A stretch of 64,000 nt of DNA from contig CM082585.2 of NCBI GenBank assembly GCA_040954595.2, positions 11,201,995-11,265,994 on the forward strand, read 5' to 3'. The notes beneath the pieces are model-generated. The model worked only from the letters and a program-made list of their open reading frames with translations. It made no database searches and had not been told where the DNA came from. Positions 63,398 to 64,000 of the stretch are shown one piece after another. Position numbers and translations under genes: made by a program. Each line of letters begins with the position of its first letter. Within the stretch, counting starts at the first letter, position 1. Source of the DNA: Balanoglossus misakiensis. Lineage: Eukaryota; Animalia; Hemichordata.

Positions 63398-64000
63398 ATG
63401 TCTCTCGTGAAATTTCCCACCGCGAAAACTGTAGCATTTTCGGTCGGAGTGGTTTTATTCATTGCCTATTTTCATGTAAAGCTTGGTCATGAAAGTAACC
63501 GTGAAGGGATTGTTGATACACAGACACAGGAATCTATGTATGGACGAGCCACGAATGAACCTGAGATGGGAGAATACCACATCTCGTCCAAACGCAGGAA
63601 TTGGAAATCGTCAACAGACGACATTGAGACTCAGTCGAATGGAGCAAATGTCGAGGTCACCGAAATCCAGTCTAACACGAAAATGGCGGATGGTGACGCC
63701 TGGGAAATTGTGAATATAGTCGAGATTTTAAACGTCAGCAGAAGAATATCCCGGGAAAACGGATTTGTGACGCTGCAGTTTCTAAATCGCGGTTATTTAA
63801 ATATTACAAAGAGTTGGATATGCAATGTTCAGTGCCAGAATGTTCTGCCCAGAACCGTGTTTATCACCACAGATGTCATGGCTTTTGAGGAACTGAAGAG
63901 ATGGAACACAAATATCCAGGTTCTTCTTGTGCCCTATGATACTGCACCGAATCTGACATTCGGACAGGCCGGATACTTTAAGTTTATGCTCTTCAGGGCC
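63398..64000 (+). CDS. Nucleotide-diphospho-sugar transferase (PF03407/GT77-like) type II Golgi glycosyltransferase, 3'-truncated by the window
   Basis: Open frame of 201 codons from ACCATG at 63398 to the window end. Signal anchor (TVAFSVGVVLFIAYF), stem, then FLNRGYLNITKSWICNV...VLPRTVFITTD...AFEEL...LTFGQAGYFKFMLFR. Absent from the ORF track because no stop lies inside the window. Confidence 0.75.
   Translation, partial: MSLVKFPTAKTVAFSVGVVLFIAYFHVKLGHESNREGIVDTQTQESMYGRATNEPEMGEYHISSKRRNWKSSTDDIETQSNGANVEVTEIQSNTKMADGDAWEIVNIVEILNVSRRISRENGFVTLQFLNRGYLNITKSWICNVQCQNVLPRTVFITTDVMAFEELKRWNTNIQVLLVPYDTAPNLTFGQAGYFKFMLFRA

Noticed and set aside
1-64000. CRISPR arrays, prokaryotic operons or defence islands, rRNA and tRNA genes
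   Set aside because: The sequence is spliceosomal-intron animal DNA. No repeat-spacer periodicity or RNA-gene signature was seen.

Overview
Eukaryotic, intron-containing animal DNA. GT-AG introns, a Wnt11 gene and an unduplicated PLEKHB/FAM168 pair suggest an invertebrate bilaterian, possibly a non-vertebrate deuterostome (inference). Gene models were spliced by hand. In order: PLEKHB/evectin (-) head-to-head with FAM168 (+); a TSSK-like probable pseudokinase (+); an NFIL3/vrille bZIP (-); a multi-exon NAALADase/GCPII-family M28B peptidase (-) with a frameshifted orphan paralogous exon upstream; an HS3ST sulfotransferase (-); Wnt11 (-); then SLC25A44 (-) and a GT77-like glycosyltransferase (+, truncated by the window end). 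The most interesting part is about 47.5-57.5 kb, between Wnt11 and SLC25A44. It holds a ~1046-aa DED + NB-ARC-type STAND ATPase + TPR protein with a Cys-rich tail, two diverged MAANSP mini-ORF repeats, a spliced 66-aa microprotein gene, a dense cluster of NF-kB-type sites, and an Ig-like gene ending in a CaaX box with an in-frame TGA. Together these may form an inducible innate-immune or cell-death locus (hypothesis). No CRISPR array, rRNA, tRNA or intact transposon was recognised. No database searches were run.
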